Part shown: positions 49,550 to 59,323 of the stretch, in pieces | How positions within the stretch are numbered: position 1 is the stretch's first letter | Layout: each line of letters opens with the position of its first letter | DNA from: Alphaproteobacteria bacterium | Lineage (GTDB): Bacteria > Pseudomonadota > Alphaproteobacteria > SP197 | Direction: 5' to 3' | DNA: 64,000 nt | NCBI GenBank assembly: GCA_964291415.2 | Contig: OZ219918.1 | Span: 992,001-1,056,000, forward strand | Program-made: the position numbers and the translations under genes | Notes under the pieces: model-generated | The model's database searches: none | What the model saw: only the letters and a program-made list of their open reading frames with translations | Told to the model about the DNA's origin: nothing

Positions 49550-50419
49550 TCAGCGTCGCCTGGCAAGGCCTCTTCGCAGGAGCAAGGGAAGCTGGCGCAC
49601 GAAGGATCCGGCGTACTGGCCGCGGGAGAGAACGACCCGCTCGGCCAGCGGATCACGGCGATCGAGTTCGGACTTGAGCTTGTTGGCAATCGTGACGATC
49701 ACCGCGCATTCCATGGAAAAGCGCACCCCACGGATCCGGTCGGGCAACGGCGCCGCCCGTTCGAGCAGGCCTCCGGTGGCGGCAAGGCAGCGGTCGAGAA
49801 CGCGGCGCATGGCCGTGGTCGAGCGGGCGCCGTCAAGGGCCTCGACGCCAATGCCGGCCTCGCGAAACCACGCGAGGGGGAGGTAGACCCTGTCGAGGCG
49901 AGCACGGTCCGTCTTGCAGTCCTGCAGGTGATTGAGCACCTGAAGGGCGTTGCAGAGATTGTCCGAAGCCTCGTAGGCCGAAGCAGGTTCGCCATGGAGG
50001 TCGATGAGGTACCGGCCCACGGGGGCAGCCGAGCGGTTGCAGTAGTCCAGGAGGTCGTCCCAGGTTTCGTAGCGCAGCGTCGTGGCGTCCTGGCGAAAGG
50101 CGTCCAGAAGATCGAGCGGGTGGCGCGCCGGCACACCGGTCTCGCTGAGACTGCGGGCGAGGGCGAGCGCTGAAGAGGGGCCCCCGGAGACCGCGCGAGG
50201 GTTGACGAGGGACTCGGCGAAGAGGTCGAGGCGGGTGATCTTGTCGTCGGCCTTGAGTTCCGGGTTGTCGGCAATGTCGTCGGCGGCCCGGGCGAAAGCG
50301 TAGAAGAGATGCACGTGGCGGCGGAAGGGGCGGGCAACGAGCCGAGACGCAACAGGAAAGTTCTCGTCTGCGGATCCCTTGCCCGATGGGGTTTCGACTT
50401 GTTCCTGGAGGGATGTCAC
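49550..50419 (-). CDS. hpnC: Squalene synthase HpnC (hydroxysqualene synthase)
   Basis: [51 protein letters not shown]; GTG start overlaps the rnhA stop. Confidence 0.9.
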   Translation of the reverse strand: MTSLQEQVETPSGKGSADENFPVASRLVARPFRRHVHLFYAFARAADDIADNPELKADDKITRLDLFAESLVNPRAVSGGPSSALALARSLSETGVPARHPLDLLDAFRQDATTLRYETWDDLLDYCNRSAAPVGRYLIDLHGEPASAYEASDNLCNALQVLNHLQDCKTDRARLDRVYLPLAWFREAGIGVEALDGARSTTAMRRVLDRCLAATGGLLERAAPLPDRIRGVRFSMECAVIVTIANKLKSELDRRDPLAERVVLSRGQYAGSFVRQLPLLLRRGLARRR

Positions 50420-50883
50420 GGCGTGCCATGCCCTCCGCTGGCATGTTGCCGCATCCCCTTGCGCGCCAACCGGTCGGCGCACTCGTTGCCGGGGTTGCCG
50501 GCATGCCCCTTGACCCATCGCCAGTCGACCTCGTGATGGGCGATCAGCGAATCGAGCTCGCGCCACAGATCGGCATTCTTGACCGGCTGGCGGCCGGCGG
50601 TGGTCCAGCCGTTGCCTTTCCAGCGGTGGATCCACGAGGTGATTCCCTGGCGCAGGTACGTGCTGTCGGTGAAGAGGATGACCCGGGACGGTTGGCGGAG
50701 CGCTTCCAGGGCGCGGATGGCCGCGGTCAGTTCCATGCGGTTGGAGGTGGTCCAGCTTTCCCCGCCGCAGATTTCCCTCCTGTGTTCCCGCCACTCGAGC
50801 AGCGCGCCCCAGCCACCCGGTCCGGGATTGCCCGAACAGGCTCCATCGGTATGAATCACGATGCGATCCGGCGGTGTGGTCAC
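50416..50883 (-). CDS. rnhA: Ribonuclease HI
   Basis: [42 protein letters not shown]. Confidence 0.97.
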   Translation of the reverse strand: MTTPPDRIVIHTDGACSGNPGPGGWGALLEWREHRREICGGESWTTSNRMELTAAIRALEALRQPSRVILFTDSTYLRQGITSWIHRWKGNGWTTAGRQPVKNADLWRELDSLIAHHEVDWRWVKGHAGNPGNECADRLARKGMRQHASGGHGTP

Positions 50884-51830
50884 GAATCCAGCGACGGGTG
50901 GTTGCGGTGATAGCGCATGACCCTGAGGAACTCTCCGGGATCCTTCGGTGTCACGATGGCCCCTCCCACTGGGTTGAGCCAGTCATAGAGACGGGTCAGC
51001 AGGAAACGCAGGGCGGCGCCCCGCGCCAGCAGGGAGAGAGCCGCTCTTTCTGCGTCATCGAGGGGTCGGCGGGAGGTGTAGGCATCGATCAGGGCGCGCG
51101 CCCTGGCGGCGTCGAACCGGCCCTCGGCGCTGAAGCACCATGCGTTGAGGCACACCGCGATATCGTAGGCGAGGAGATCGTTGCAGGCGAAGTAGAAGTC
51201 GATCAGACCCGTCAGTCGCGGCCCGCGGAAGAACACGTTGTCGCTGAAGAGGTCAGCGTGAATGACGCCGCTAGGCAGGTCCCGGGGCCAGCATTCATGA
51301 AGTATGTCGAGTTCCCTGGAGATCTCGTCAGCAAGGCCCGATTCCACCTCGTCGGCACGCTCGCGGCACTGGCCCGCCAGGATGCCCCATGACGACGGCC
51401 CGAGGGCATTCGGGCGATGCATGGAAAAGTCGGCTCCGGTGAGATGCATCTCCGCCAGCGCGTTTCCCACGGCTCTGCAATGACGGGTTTCGATGACTCC
51501 TGGCGACACCCCTTCGAGGAAACTGATCAGGGCGGCCGCCTTGCCCTTGAGACGCCGGAGTGCCTTCCCCTTGCGGTTCCTGATCGGGGTGGGACACGGT
51601 ACGCCCCGGGCGGCGAGGTGTTCCATGAGACCGAGAAAGAAGGGCAGATCCTCCTCTTTCACCCGTTTCTCGTAGAGGGTGAGGATGTAGGATCCGGTGT
51701 CGGTCATGACGAGGTAGTTGCTGTTCTCGACGCCTTCCGCGATGCCCTTCATGGCGAGGATGCTGCCAACGTCGTAATCGGCAAGGAAGGCTGCGAGCTC
51801 CTCGATCGCAACATCGGTGTAGACGGCCAT
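50880..51830 (-). CDS. thrB: Homoserine kinase type II
   Basis: [43 protein letters not shown]; ispH-thrB-rnhA order. Confidence 0.95.
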   Translation of the reverse strand: MAVYTDVAIEELAAFLADYDVGSILAMKGIAEGVENSNYLVMTDTGSYILTLYEKRVKEEDLPFFLGLMEHLAARGVPCPTPIRNRKGKALRRLKGKAAALISFLEGVSPGVIETRHCRAVGNALAEMHLTGADFSMHRPNALGPSSWGILAGQCRERADEVESGLADEISRELDILHECWPRDLPSGVIHADLFSDNVFFRGPRLTGLIDFYFACNDLLAYDIAVCLNAWCFSAEGRFDAARARALIDAYTSRRPLDDAERAALSLLARGAALRFLLTRLYDWLNPVGGAIVTPKDPGEFLRVMRYHRNHPSLDS

Positions 51831-51842
51831 GGAACCGTCCGT

Positions 51843-52775
51843 TCAGTGGGCCAGCGCGCGGGGCAGTCTGAAGTGAACGTTCTCCTCGGAAACCCGGACC
51901 TCCCTGATCGTCACATCATGGTTGTCACGCAGGCACCCGAGCACGTCCTGAACGAGGGTCTCGGGCGCTGATGCACCGGCCGTGAGGCCAAGTGTCGACA
52001 CGCCTTCGAGGTCGAAGCTCCCCAGATGGCTGGCATTCTCGATAAGACAGGCATCTCCCGCCCCCGCCTTGAGCGCCACCTCGACCAGCCTGGAGGAATT
52101 CGATGATGTAGCGGATCCGACCACCAGGACCAGATCGCAGTCGGGAGCGATGGCCCGGACGGCGGCCTGCCGGTTGGTGGTGGCATAGCAGATATCCTGG
52201 CGATGTGGCCCGTGGATGCCGGGAAAGCGTCTCATCAGAATGTCGACGATGTCCCTTGTGTCATCCACCGAGAGTGTGGTCTGGGTGATGTAGGCGAGCT
52301 CCCGATCATCGCCGGGGTCCACTGTTTCGGCGTCCTCCTGATTCTGCACGAGAATGATGCTGCCTTCCGGCAGCTGCCCCATGGTGCCCACCACCTCCGG
52401 GTGTCCCTCGTGACCAATGAGAATCATCAGCCGCCCCTTGAGATGGTGTTTCTGCGCCTCGATGTGAACCTTGGAGACGAGCGGGCATGTGGCGTCGAAG
52501 TAGACGAGGTTCCGCTGGCGGGCTTCCTCCGGCACCGCCTTCGGCACACCGTGCGCCGAAAACACCACGGGCCGGTCGGTTCGCTCGATCTCGTCGAGTT
52601 CCTCGACGAAGACAACGCCCTTCGCCTCGAGGGACGCCACCACGTGCCGGTTGTGAACGATTTCGTGTCGGACGTAGACCGGAGCTCCGTGCAGTTCAAG
52701 CGCGCGCTCGACGATCTCGATCGCCCGGTCGACACCGGCACAACAACCCCTGGGACTGGCAAGGAGAATCTCCAT
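51843..52775 (-). CDS. ispH: 4-hydroxy-3-methylbut-2-enyl diphosphate reductase
   Basis: PRG.CAGV.RA, HEIVHN, SAHGV, DATCPLV.KVH, HPEV, QTTLS, ICYAT.NRQ, TAGASAP. Confidence 0.97.
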   Translation of the reverse strand: MEILLASPRGCCAGVDRAIEIVERALELHGAPVYVRHEIVHNRHVVASLEAKGVVFVEELDEIERTDRPVVFSAHGVPKAVPEEARQRNLVYFDATCPLVSKVHIEAQKHHLKGRLMILIGHEGHPEVVGTMGQLPEGSIILVQNQEDAETVDPGDDRELAYITQTTLSVDDTRDIVDILMRRFPGIHGPHRQDICYATTNRQAAVRAIAPDCDLVLVVGSATSSNSSRLVEVALKAGAGDACLIENASHLGSFDLEGVSTLGLTAGASAPETLVQDVLGCLRDNHDVTIREVRVSEENVHFRLPRALAH

Positions 52776-52864
52776 GGTCTTTCTTGTTCCGCTTGTTTGC
52801 GTCCGCGCCGGGTTCTATTCTGCGATCTTCAACCATAACGTGTCGTGTGAGAGAAGGACAAGGC

Positions 52865-53107
52865 ATGAGTGAAGGTGCCGTCGTGGCCGCCAAGTCTCCC
52901 TTCAAGGTGGAACTCAAGGCAGGAGAAAAGCAGTTCTGGTGCAGTTGCGGGCGCAGCGCCCGGCAGCCGTTTTGTGACGGTTCCCACAAGGGAACCGGTT
53001 TCATGCCCGTCATCTTCACTCCCGACAAGGCAGGGGCTGCCTGGCTCTGCGCCTGCAAGCGGACCGGCAACCGGCCCTACTGTGACGGAACCCACAGTTC
53101 CCTCTAG
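52865..53107 (+). CDS. Double CDGSH iron-sulfur domain protein (CISD3/MiNT-like)
   Basis: WCSCGRS..QPFCDGSH and LCACK.T...PYCDGTH; AAGGA RBS upstream. Confidence 0.92.
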   Translation: MSEGAVVAAKSPFKVELKAGEKQFWCSCGRSARQPFCDGSHKGTGFMPVIFTPDKAGAAWLCACKRTGNRPYCDGTHSSL

Positions 53108-53147
53108 TCCCGTCAGTTCGCGACAATCCCGGGGGAAGACCGGGTCC

Positions 53148-53711
53148 ATGCGACACCGACTGCCCCTGCTGGCAGCCGGCCGGCGACTCGCCAACCGGGT
53201 TCGCTGGGGCGGGGCGGCCTGGCTGTGCCTGCCCATCCTGCTGCATGCCTGTGCCGGTGAGGAATTCGTGCCGGTCGAGGCCACCTGTCCCGACCTGCTG
53301 CTGGTGGCCGAGGCGTCGCGTGTGGTTGTCCACGCCGAACAGGATGACCCGGCCGGCCACATCGCGAGCATTGGCGGACTCAGATGGTCATGCACGTTCC
53401 TGCCGGAGAGCCACCGCACCCAATTCACCGCACATCTCGAGATTCTGGTGACCACGACTCCGCGCGATGCGCCGCAGGATGTTTCCTTCCCGTTGTTCGT
53501 GGCGCTCGAGGACCGGGAGGGCAGGATCATCTCCAAGAAGGTGGTCGACTCGACCGTGCGCATTCCCCCGGGCTCGCAGGAGATCGTCTACAGCCAGGCG
53601 ATCGATCAGGAGTTTGGCTACGCCCGCATGACCGATGTCGCCGCCCACACGATCTACACCGGTTTCCAGATCGGTCCCGAGGACCTGGCACGGTCCCGGA
53701 CTGGACTGTGA
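53148..53711 (+). CDS. Putative lipoprotein (hypothetical)
   Basis: Basic N-terminus, hydrophobic stretch and LHAC lipobox-like site; CP..C pattern and C-terminal Y.GFQ; start uncertain. Confidence 0.65.
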   Translation: MRHRLPLLAAGRRLANRVRWGGAAWLCLPILLHACAGEEFVPVEATCPDLLLVAEASRVVVHAEQDDPAGHIASIGGLRWSCTFLPESHRTQFTAHLEILVTTTPRDAPQDVSFPLFVALEDREGRIISKKVVDSTVRIPPGSQEIVYSQAIDQEFGYARMTDVAAHTIYTGFQIGPEDLARSRTGL

Positions 53712-53804
53712 GCGTCCTCGCGCCCGCATGCTGAGGCAGTACCCCGGCATGTCTGTCCGGGGCCTATCCACGCGGACGTGACTTAAGCACAAGGATACCG
53801 ATCA

Positions 53805-55097
53805 ATGGCGAACGTCGTGGTTGTCGGCTCCCAGTGGGGAGACGAGGGCAAGGGAAAGATCGTCGACTGGCTTTCCGAACGCGCCGATGTCGTTGTGCGC
53901 TTTCAGGGCGGACACAATGCCGGCCACACACTTGAGGTGGGCAACCACGTCTTCAGGCTTTCGCTGCTGCCGTCGGGCGTGGTGCGGCCGGACAAGCTGT
54001 CGATTATCGGCAATGGCGTGGTGATCGATCCGTGGGCCCTCTTCCACGAGATCGGGAGGATCAGAGAACAGGGTGTGACGGTCACGCCCGACAATCTGCT
54101 GATCTCGGAGAGCGCTCATCTCATCCTGCCGTTTCACGGTGAACTCGACCGAGCCCGGGAGGCGGCGCGGCGCGATGCGGCCATTGGCACAACCGGACGG
54201 GGTATTGGTCCGGCCTACGAGGACAGGGCGGCGCGCCGGGGACTGCGTGTATGTGATCTTGCTGATGACGGGACTCTCCAGGCGAGGCTTTCCCTCCTTG
54301 TCGATCATCACGACGTGTTGCGCCGGTCGTTGGGACTCGACGTGGTCGACCGCGAGGCACTGCTGGCGGACCTGCGGCAGGTCGCCGGGCGCCTGCTGGA
54401 GTTCGCCCGACCGGTCTGGAAGGAACTCGAACACCTTCGCCGCAGAGGCAGGCGCATTCTGTTCGAGGGTGCGCAAGGTCATTTTCTCGATATCGATCAC
54501 GGGACGTTTCCCTACGTCACGTCGTCGAACACGCTGGCGGCGGCGGCCGCAACGGGCTCGGGGATTGGACCTCATGCCCTTCACTATGTCCTGGGCATCA
54601 CCAAGGCCTACACAACCAGGGTGGGCGCCGGACCCTTTCCCACGGAGCAGCTGAACGACGTCGGCAGGACACTTCAGGAGCGGGGCCGGGAGTTCGGTAC
54701 GGTGACGGGTCGGCCACGGCGTTGCGGCTGGTTCGATGCGGTCATGGTCCGCCAGGCAATCAAGGTTGGAGGCATGCAGGGAATTGCACTGACCAAGCTC
54801 GACGTGCTGGACGGCATGGACGAACTCAAGGTCTGCACGGGATATCGATGGCAGGGCGGCGATCTTGACTACTTGCCTGCCACCGCGGCCCGGCAGGCCG
54901 ACGTGGAGGCGCGCTACGAAACCTTTGACGGATGGCGGGAGAACACGCGAGGCGCCCGCTCCTGGGGAGAGTTGCCGGCGACCTGCGTCAAGTATGTCCG
55001 CCGCATCGAGGAACTGATCGAGGCCCCCGTGGCCCTTCTGTCAACCGGCCCGAAACGGGACGACACAATTCTCGTCACGGACCCCTTCGCTGATTGA
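53805..55097 (+). CDS. purA: Adenylosuccinate synthetase
   Basis: [49 protein letters not shown]. Confidence 0.98.
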   Translation: MANVVVVGSQWGDEGKGKIVDWLSERADVVVRFQGGHNAGHTLEVGNHVFRLSLLPSGVVRPDKLSIIGNGVVIDPWALFHEIGRIREQGVTVTPDNLLISESAHLILPFHGELDRAREAARRDAAIGTTGRGIGPAYEDRAARRGLRVCDLADDGTLQARLSLLVDHHDVLRRSLGLDVVDREALLADLRQVAGRLLEFARPVWKELEHLRRRGRRILFEGAQGHFLDIDHGTFPYVTSSNTLAAAAATGSGIGPHALHYVLGITKAYTTRVGAGPFPTEQLNDVGRTLQERGREFGTVTGRPRRCGWFDAVMVRQAIKVGGMQGIALTKLDVLDGMDELKVCTGYRWQGGDLDYLPATAARQADVEARYETFDGWRENTRGARSWGELPATCVKYVRRIEELIEAPVALLSTGPKRDDTILVTDPFAD

Positions 55098-55102
55098 CGT
55101 GT

Positions 55103-55990
55103 TCAGGCGCTGGCGATGCGCAGGCGTTCTGACGCTGCCTTGTGCACTGCCTTCTGGATCTTCTCGAAGGCCCGGGCCTCGATCTGGCGAACCCGTTCCC
55201 GGCTGATGCCATACTCCCGGGAGAGATCTTCGAGGGTCTTGGGGTCTTCCGACAGGCGGCGTTCAACGAAGATGTGGCGTTCGCGGGCGTTCAGGACCTC
55301 CATGGCGTCAGCGAGGAGTTCACGGCGCGTTTCCAGTTCCTCCGACTCGCCGAGGGTCTCCTCCTGGTTCTTCTGGTCATCGACCAGAAAATCCATCCAT
55401 TCGCCGTCGCCGCCTGGTTGCAGCGGAGCGTTCAGCGAGTGGTCCGGGCTGGAGAGGCGCCGGTTCATGCTGATGACGTCCTGCTCCGTCACATCGAGTC
55501 GCGATGCGATCTCCTGCACCGTTTCAAGGGGCAGATCGCCATCTTCGATCGCCTGAAGCTGCCGCTTGAGTTTCCGCAGGTTGAAAAACAGTTTCTTCTG
55601 CGCCGCAGTCGTGCCGATCTTGACCAGGGACCAGGAGTGAAGGATGTACTCCTGGATGGCGGCGCGGATCCACCACATGGCGTAGGTGGCAAGACGAAAG
55701 CCCCTGTCGGGGTCGAACCGCTTGACCGCCTGCATGAGGCCGACATTGCCTTCGGAAATGAGCTCTGCCAGGGGAAGGCCGTAGCCCCGGTAACCCATGG
55801 CGATCTTGGCGACAAGGCGCAGATGACTGGTGACGAGTTGATGGGCCGCATCGACATCGCCGGCATCGCGCCACCGCTTGGCCAGTTCGAACTCCTGGTC
55901 GGCCTCCAGCATCGGGAACTTCCTGATTTCCCTCAGGTAGCCGGAAAGGCTGCTTTCCGGCGTCAGCGCCGGAAGATTTGCACGCGCCAT
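55103..55990 (-). CDS. rpoH: RNA polymerase sigma-32 factor
   Basis: HLRLVAKIA.GYRGYGLP, SEGNVGLM, RpoH box GTTAAQKKLFFNLRK, SRERVRQIE. Confidence 0.96.
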   Translation of the reverse strand: MARANLPALTPESSLSGYLREIRKFPMLEADQEFELAKRWRDAGDVDAAHQLVTSHLRLVAKIAMGYRGYGLPLAELISEGNVGLMQAVKRFDPDRGFRLATYAMWWIRAAIQEYILHSWSLVKIGTTAAQKKLFFNLRKLKRQLQAIEDGDLPLETVQEIASRLDVTEQDVISMNRRLSSPDHSLNAPLQPGGDGEWMDFLVDDQKNQEETLGESEELETRRELLADAMEVLNARERHIFVERRLSEDPKTLEDLSREYGISRERVRQIEARAFEKIQKAVHKAASERLRIASA

Positions 55991-56225
55991 GAGATCGTGT
56001 TCCCGAAAGCACCGGCATTCTACCACGACTGTAAAGGCCACCTAGCATGCGGCGCCTGCACTGCAGCCCTGCGTTCGCGTCATCGCTTTCGAAACCGAAC
56101 CGGGCTGCATCGTCACACCCCCTGAACGGTCCTGGTGAACCCGTGTTCGTTTCTTGATCTTTCGATGCCGCAGGGAAACGATCATTCCATCCCAGGCCAG
56201 CGATGCCACGAGAGGGGTTCTCGCC

Positions 56226-57575
56226 ATGTCTCCAAGTCAGGCCGTTGTTGCACTGGATCGCCGCCACTTCCTCGCCCTCGCCGCATCATCGGTGATCGCC
56301 TCGACATCGGCCGTGGGCGCCCCGGTGCCTTCAAATCCCGACGTCGTGGTTGTCGGAGCAGGAGCGGCCGGCATTGCCGCTGCGAAGACCCTGATGGCGC
56401 AGGGCCTGTCGGTCGCCGTTGTGGAGGCCAGGGACCGGATCGGCGGCCGCGCCTGGACCGAATCGGAGACCTTCGGCGTACCGTTCGATCATGGTTGTTC
56501 CTGGGTGCAGACCACCAAGGTGGACATGTTTCTCGAGGCGGCCGAATCATACGGCTTCGAGGTCCTGCGGCACGACAATTCCGACGAGGTGCTCTACGTC
56601 GGCGATCGCGAGGCAACCGACGCGGAGTATGAGCAATACTGGCGGGCCTATGCCGGTCTCGAAGGCGCGATCGGAGCGGCGGCGCGACGTGGCGATGATG
56701 TCGCGGCTTCGACCGTGATCCCCGAGATGCCGTTCGCGGCAACAGCCGAATCTTGGATGACCATGGGCATGAGCGTCGATTTCGACGATCTGTCGACCGC
56801 CGACTGGTGGTCAGGCGCCGTTGCCGCGCCGAGATACATCGTGAGGGAGGGTTTCGGTGCCTTGGTGGCGCGCCTTGGCGCCGATGTGCCGGCGATGCTC
56901 TCCACGTCTGTATCAAAGATTGCCTACACGAGCGATGGCGTCACGGTCACGACCTCGGCAGGCGATATCCAGTCCACAGCCTGCATCGTGACGGTTTCGA
57001 CCGGCGTTCTGAGCGCCGGGACCATCTCGTTCAATCCTGATCTTCCGGATGCCAAGCAGCAGGCGATTTTCGACTTGCCGATGGGACTGCTGGCCAAGGT
57101 CGCGCTGCAATTCGACGACACCCGCTTCGGCTTCCGGCCGAACGAGTGGCTCTCCTATCACGTGCCGGAGGAGGCTTCAGGCGAAGCCAGCTTTTTCCTC
57201 ACGTGGCCGTTCGATCAGAACCTGATGATCGGCTTCATGGGCGGCGACTTTGCCTGGCAAATGACGCGAGCGGGAACGGATACTGCGGTGGACTTCGTAC
57301 TCGGCGCGGTCGAGGCCATGGTCGGCAGCAAGGCGCGCGAGGGGTTCGTCAAGGGCACTCTGACCCAGTGGGGCAACGATCCCCTGACCCTGGGCGCCTA
57401 TGCCGCCACGCGTCCCGGCGCCTCCGGTGCGCGTGCGGTGCTGGCCCGCCCGCTCGATGACCGCCTGTTCTTTGCCGGCGAGGCAGCGGCAGGACCCTAT
57501 TACGCGACCTGCGGTGGCGCCTGGCGCAGCGGCGAACGGACCGCCCGAGACGTCATTCGCGCCTTGGGTGTGTGA
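56226..57575 (+). CDS. Flavin-containing amine oxidase family protein with Tat signal peptide
   Basis: DRRHFLAL twin-arginine motif, VVGAGAAG FAD site, EARDRIGGR, W..DP...GAY, LFFAGEA. Confidence 0.88.
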   Translation: MSPSQAVVALDRRHFLALAASSVIASTSAVGAPVPSNPDVVVVGAGAAGIAAAKTLMAQGLSVAVVEARDRIGGRAWTESETFGVPFDHGCSWVQTTKVDMFLEAAESYGFEVLRHDNSDEVLYVGDREATDAEYEQYWRAYAGLEGAIGAAARRGDDVAASTVIPEMPFAATAESWMTMGMSVDFDDLSTADWWSGAVAAPRYIVREGFGALVARLGADVPAMLSTSVSKIAYTSDGVTVTTSAGDIQSTACIVTVSTGVLSAGTISFNPDLPDAKQQAIFDLPMGLLAKVALQFDDTRFGFRPNEWLSYHVPEEASGEASFFLTWPFDQNLMIGFMGGDFAWQMTRAGTDTAVDFVLGAVEAMVGSKAREGFVKGTLTQWGNDPLTLGAYAATRPGASGARAVLARPLDDRLFFAGEAAAGPYYATCGGAWRSGERTARDVIRALGV

Positions 57576-57698
57576 CACACATGCTCATGGATCGGTGATG
57601 GCGCGGCGACCAGACATGCGGTTTGTGAACGCCGCCGGGCCGCTTCCTTCCCTGGCGATCGTGAACGCGCGACTTCGCACCCGAACACCAGAACGGGG

Positions 57699-58634
57699 TT
57701 ATTCCGGGGTTGCCTCGGGGTTGTTCAGGTAGGCGATGAGGGAGCGGATATCCGGAGGGGGTCCGGAGCGGTATTCGAGATAGTCGTCCGTCACCGGATG
57801 ATTGAATCCCAGGCTGGCCGCATGGAGTGCTTGGCGCGCCATGCGGCCGGATGCGCCACCATAAAGGGAATCACCCAACACAGGGTGGCCTTTCGAGGAC
57901 ATGTGGACGCGAATCTGATGAGTTCTTCCAGTGGCGAGGGAGCACTGGAGAAGCGTCGCAGACTGGCCCCAGCTTTGCTGTGTCCGGTAGCGGGTCAGTG
58001 CCGGCTTGCCGCCAGTCCGGACGACAGCCATGCGCTTGCGGTGGCGGGGATCACGCCCGATGGCGCCAGTGATATCACCGGCTGGAGGAACCATGCGCCC
58101 CCGGACGATGGCCAAGTACTCCCGGGCGATGCGACGGGCGGAGAGCGCTGCCGAGAGTCTGACGTGGGCCTCGTCGGTTTTGGCGACGATCATCAGGCCA
58201 CTGGTATCCTTGTCGAGGCGGTGAACGATGCCGGGGCGTGCCTGGCCGCCGATTCCGGACAGGGAGTCTCCGCAATGGGAGAGCAACGCATGGACAAGGG
58301 TTCCGCTGGCATGACCGGCGCCAGGATGGACCACGAGTCCGGCCGGCTTGTCGATGACGAGCAGGTGTTCATCCTCATGGACGATGACCAGTGGAATGTC
58401 CTCGGGCACCAGGGCTGAGTCGGCTGGCGGCGGCACCGCGAGCACAAGGCGGTCCCCCGGTTTGACCCCCAGGGACGTCTCCGCTACCGTCCGTCCGCCG
58501 CTTGTGAGGCATCCCCTCTGAATGAGGGTCTTGATCCGGGTTCGCGACAAGTCCGGAAAGGCGTCGGCGAGGACCCTGTCAATCCTGTTTCCCGCCTCTT
58601 CGGCGGTGACGGTATGTTCGAGTATCCCCGTCAT
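57699..58634 (-). CDS. rluD: RluA/RluD-family 23S rRNA pseudouridine synthase
   Basis: S4 domain RIDRVL..SRTRI, DKPAGLVVHPG.G, GIVHRLDKDTSG, TGRTHQIRVH, RQALHA. Confidence 0.93.
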   Translation of the reverse strand: MTGILEHTVTAEEAGNRIDRVLADAFPDLSRTRIKTLIQRGCLTSGGRTVAETSLGVKPGDRLVLAVPPPADSALVPEDIPLVIVHEDEHLLVIDKPAGLVVHPGAGHASGTLVHALLSHCGDSLSGIGGQARPGIVHRLDKDTSGLMIVAKTDEAHVRLSAALSARRIAREYLAIVRGRMVPPAGDITGAIGRDPRHRKRMAVVRTGGKPALTRYRTQQSWGQSATLLQCSLATGRTHQIRVHMSSKGHPVLGDSLYGGASGRMARQALHAASLGFNHPVTDDYLEYRSGPPPDIRSLIAYLNNPEATPE

Positions 58635-58673
58635 GACACTCCCTTGAACCCTGAATTCCTGTCGGGAACCAGC

Positions 58674-58973
58674 ATGGAACGCTCCCAGGCAATGATCAAA
58701 GCCGTCGTCATCGGACTGGGTGTCCTCATCGTCGTGCTGACGGGCGTCCTCGTTGCCGGTGTTCTCGACCGGGTTGGCGACACCACGGTGGCCAGTGACC
58801 ACAGGGACGGCGCGGTGGCCTTGCCGGCGGGATCCACAGTGGTGTCCATCACCTCGGATGAGGACCGGTTGTCACTGCTCCTCGAACTCGCTTCCGGGTC
58901 CCAGGCCATTGTGACCATCGATGGTCTGACCGGGGAACCGCTTTCCACACTCGAACTCATCCCGCGGCCCTGA
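58674..58973 (+). CDS. Small membrane protein (conserved hypothetical, divergent from rluD)
   Basis: KAVVIGLGVLIVV TM segment followed by LPAG..V..I small beta domain; typical alphaproteobacterial neighbour of rluD. Confidence 0.7.
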   Translation: MERSQAMIKAVVIGLGVLIVVLTGVLVAGVLDRVGDTTVASDHRDGAVALPAGSTVVSITSDEDRLSLLLELASGSQAIVTIDGLTGEPLSTLELIPRP

Positions 58974-59323
58974 CCCGACCCAATCGCTCTGGTTCGAGAA
59001 CCGCCTAGCCCGCGATACAGGGCACCATGCCATCGAGCCTCGGGCGCGACAACGCGGCGTTCTTGTTCGAACGGCGAAAGGCACGTGTGTCCTTGCATCG
59101 GCCGCTACGAACTCACCCGATATGGGCGCGCGGCGCTTCTTGGCAGCGATCCCCGACCGTTGCCTGCCGGCACGGTTCCGGCCTCTTTCATCTGCGGGAA
59201 ACACCCGGCCCTCTGGCTTCAGGTTGCGGAGCGACGGTGGTGCGCGAGTGCTCGACGAATGTCGATTTCATGTGCTGGGTCGGGGCCAGAGACCGGCGCA
59301 GCCCTCTTGTGATCCGCACCAAC

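Noticed and set aside
57600-57613. 13-mer GCGCGGCGACCAG shared with the intergenic region near 42105
   Set aside because: Short, very GC-rich and present in only two copies with unrelated flanks; compatible with chance
58991-59002. GGTTCGAGAACC resembling a tRNA T-loop
   Set aside because: No acceptor, D or anticodon arms can be built around it
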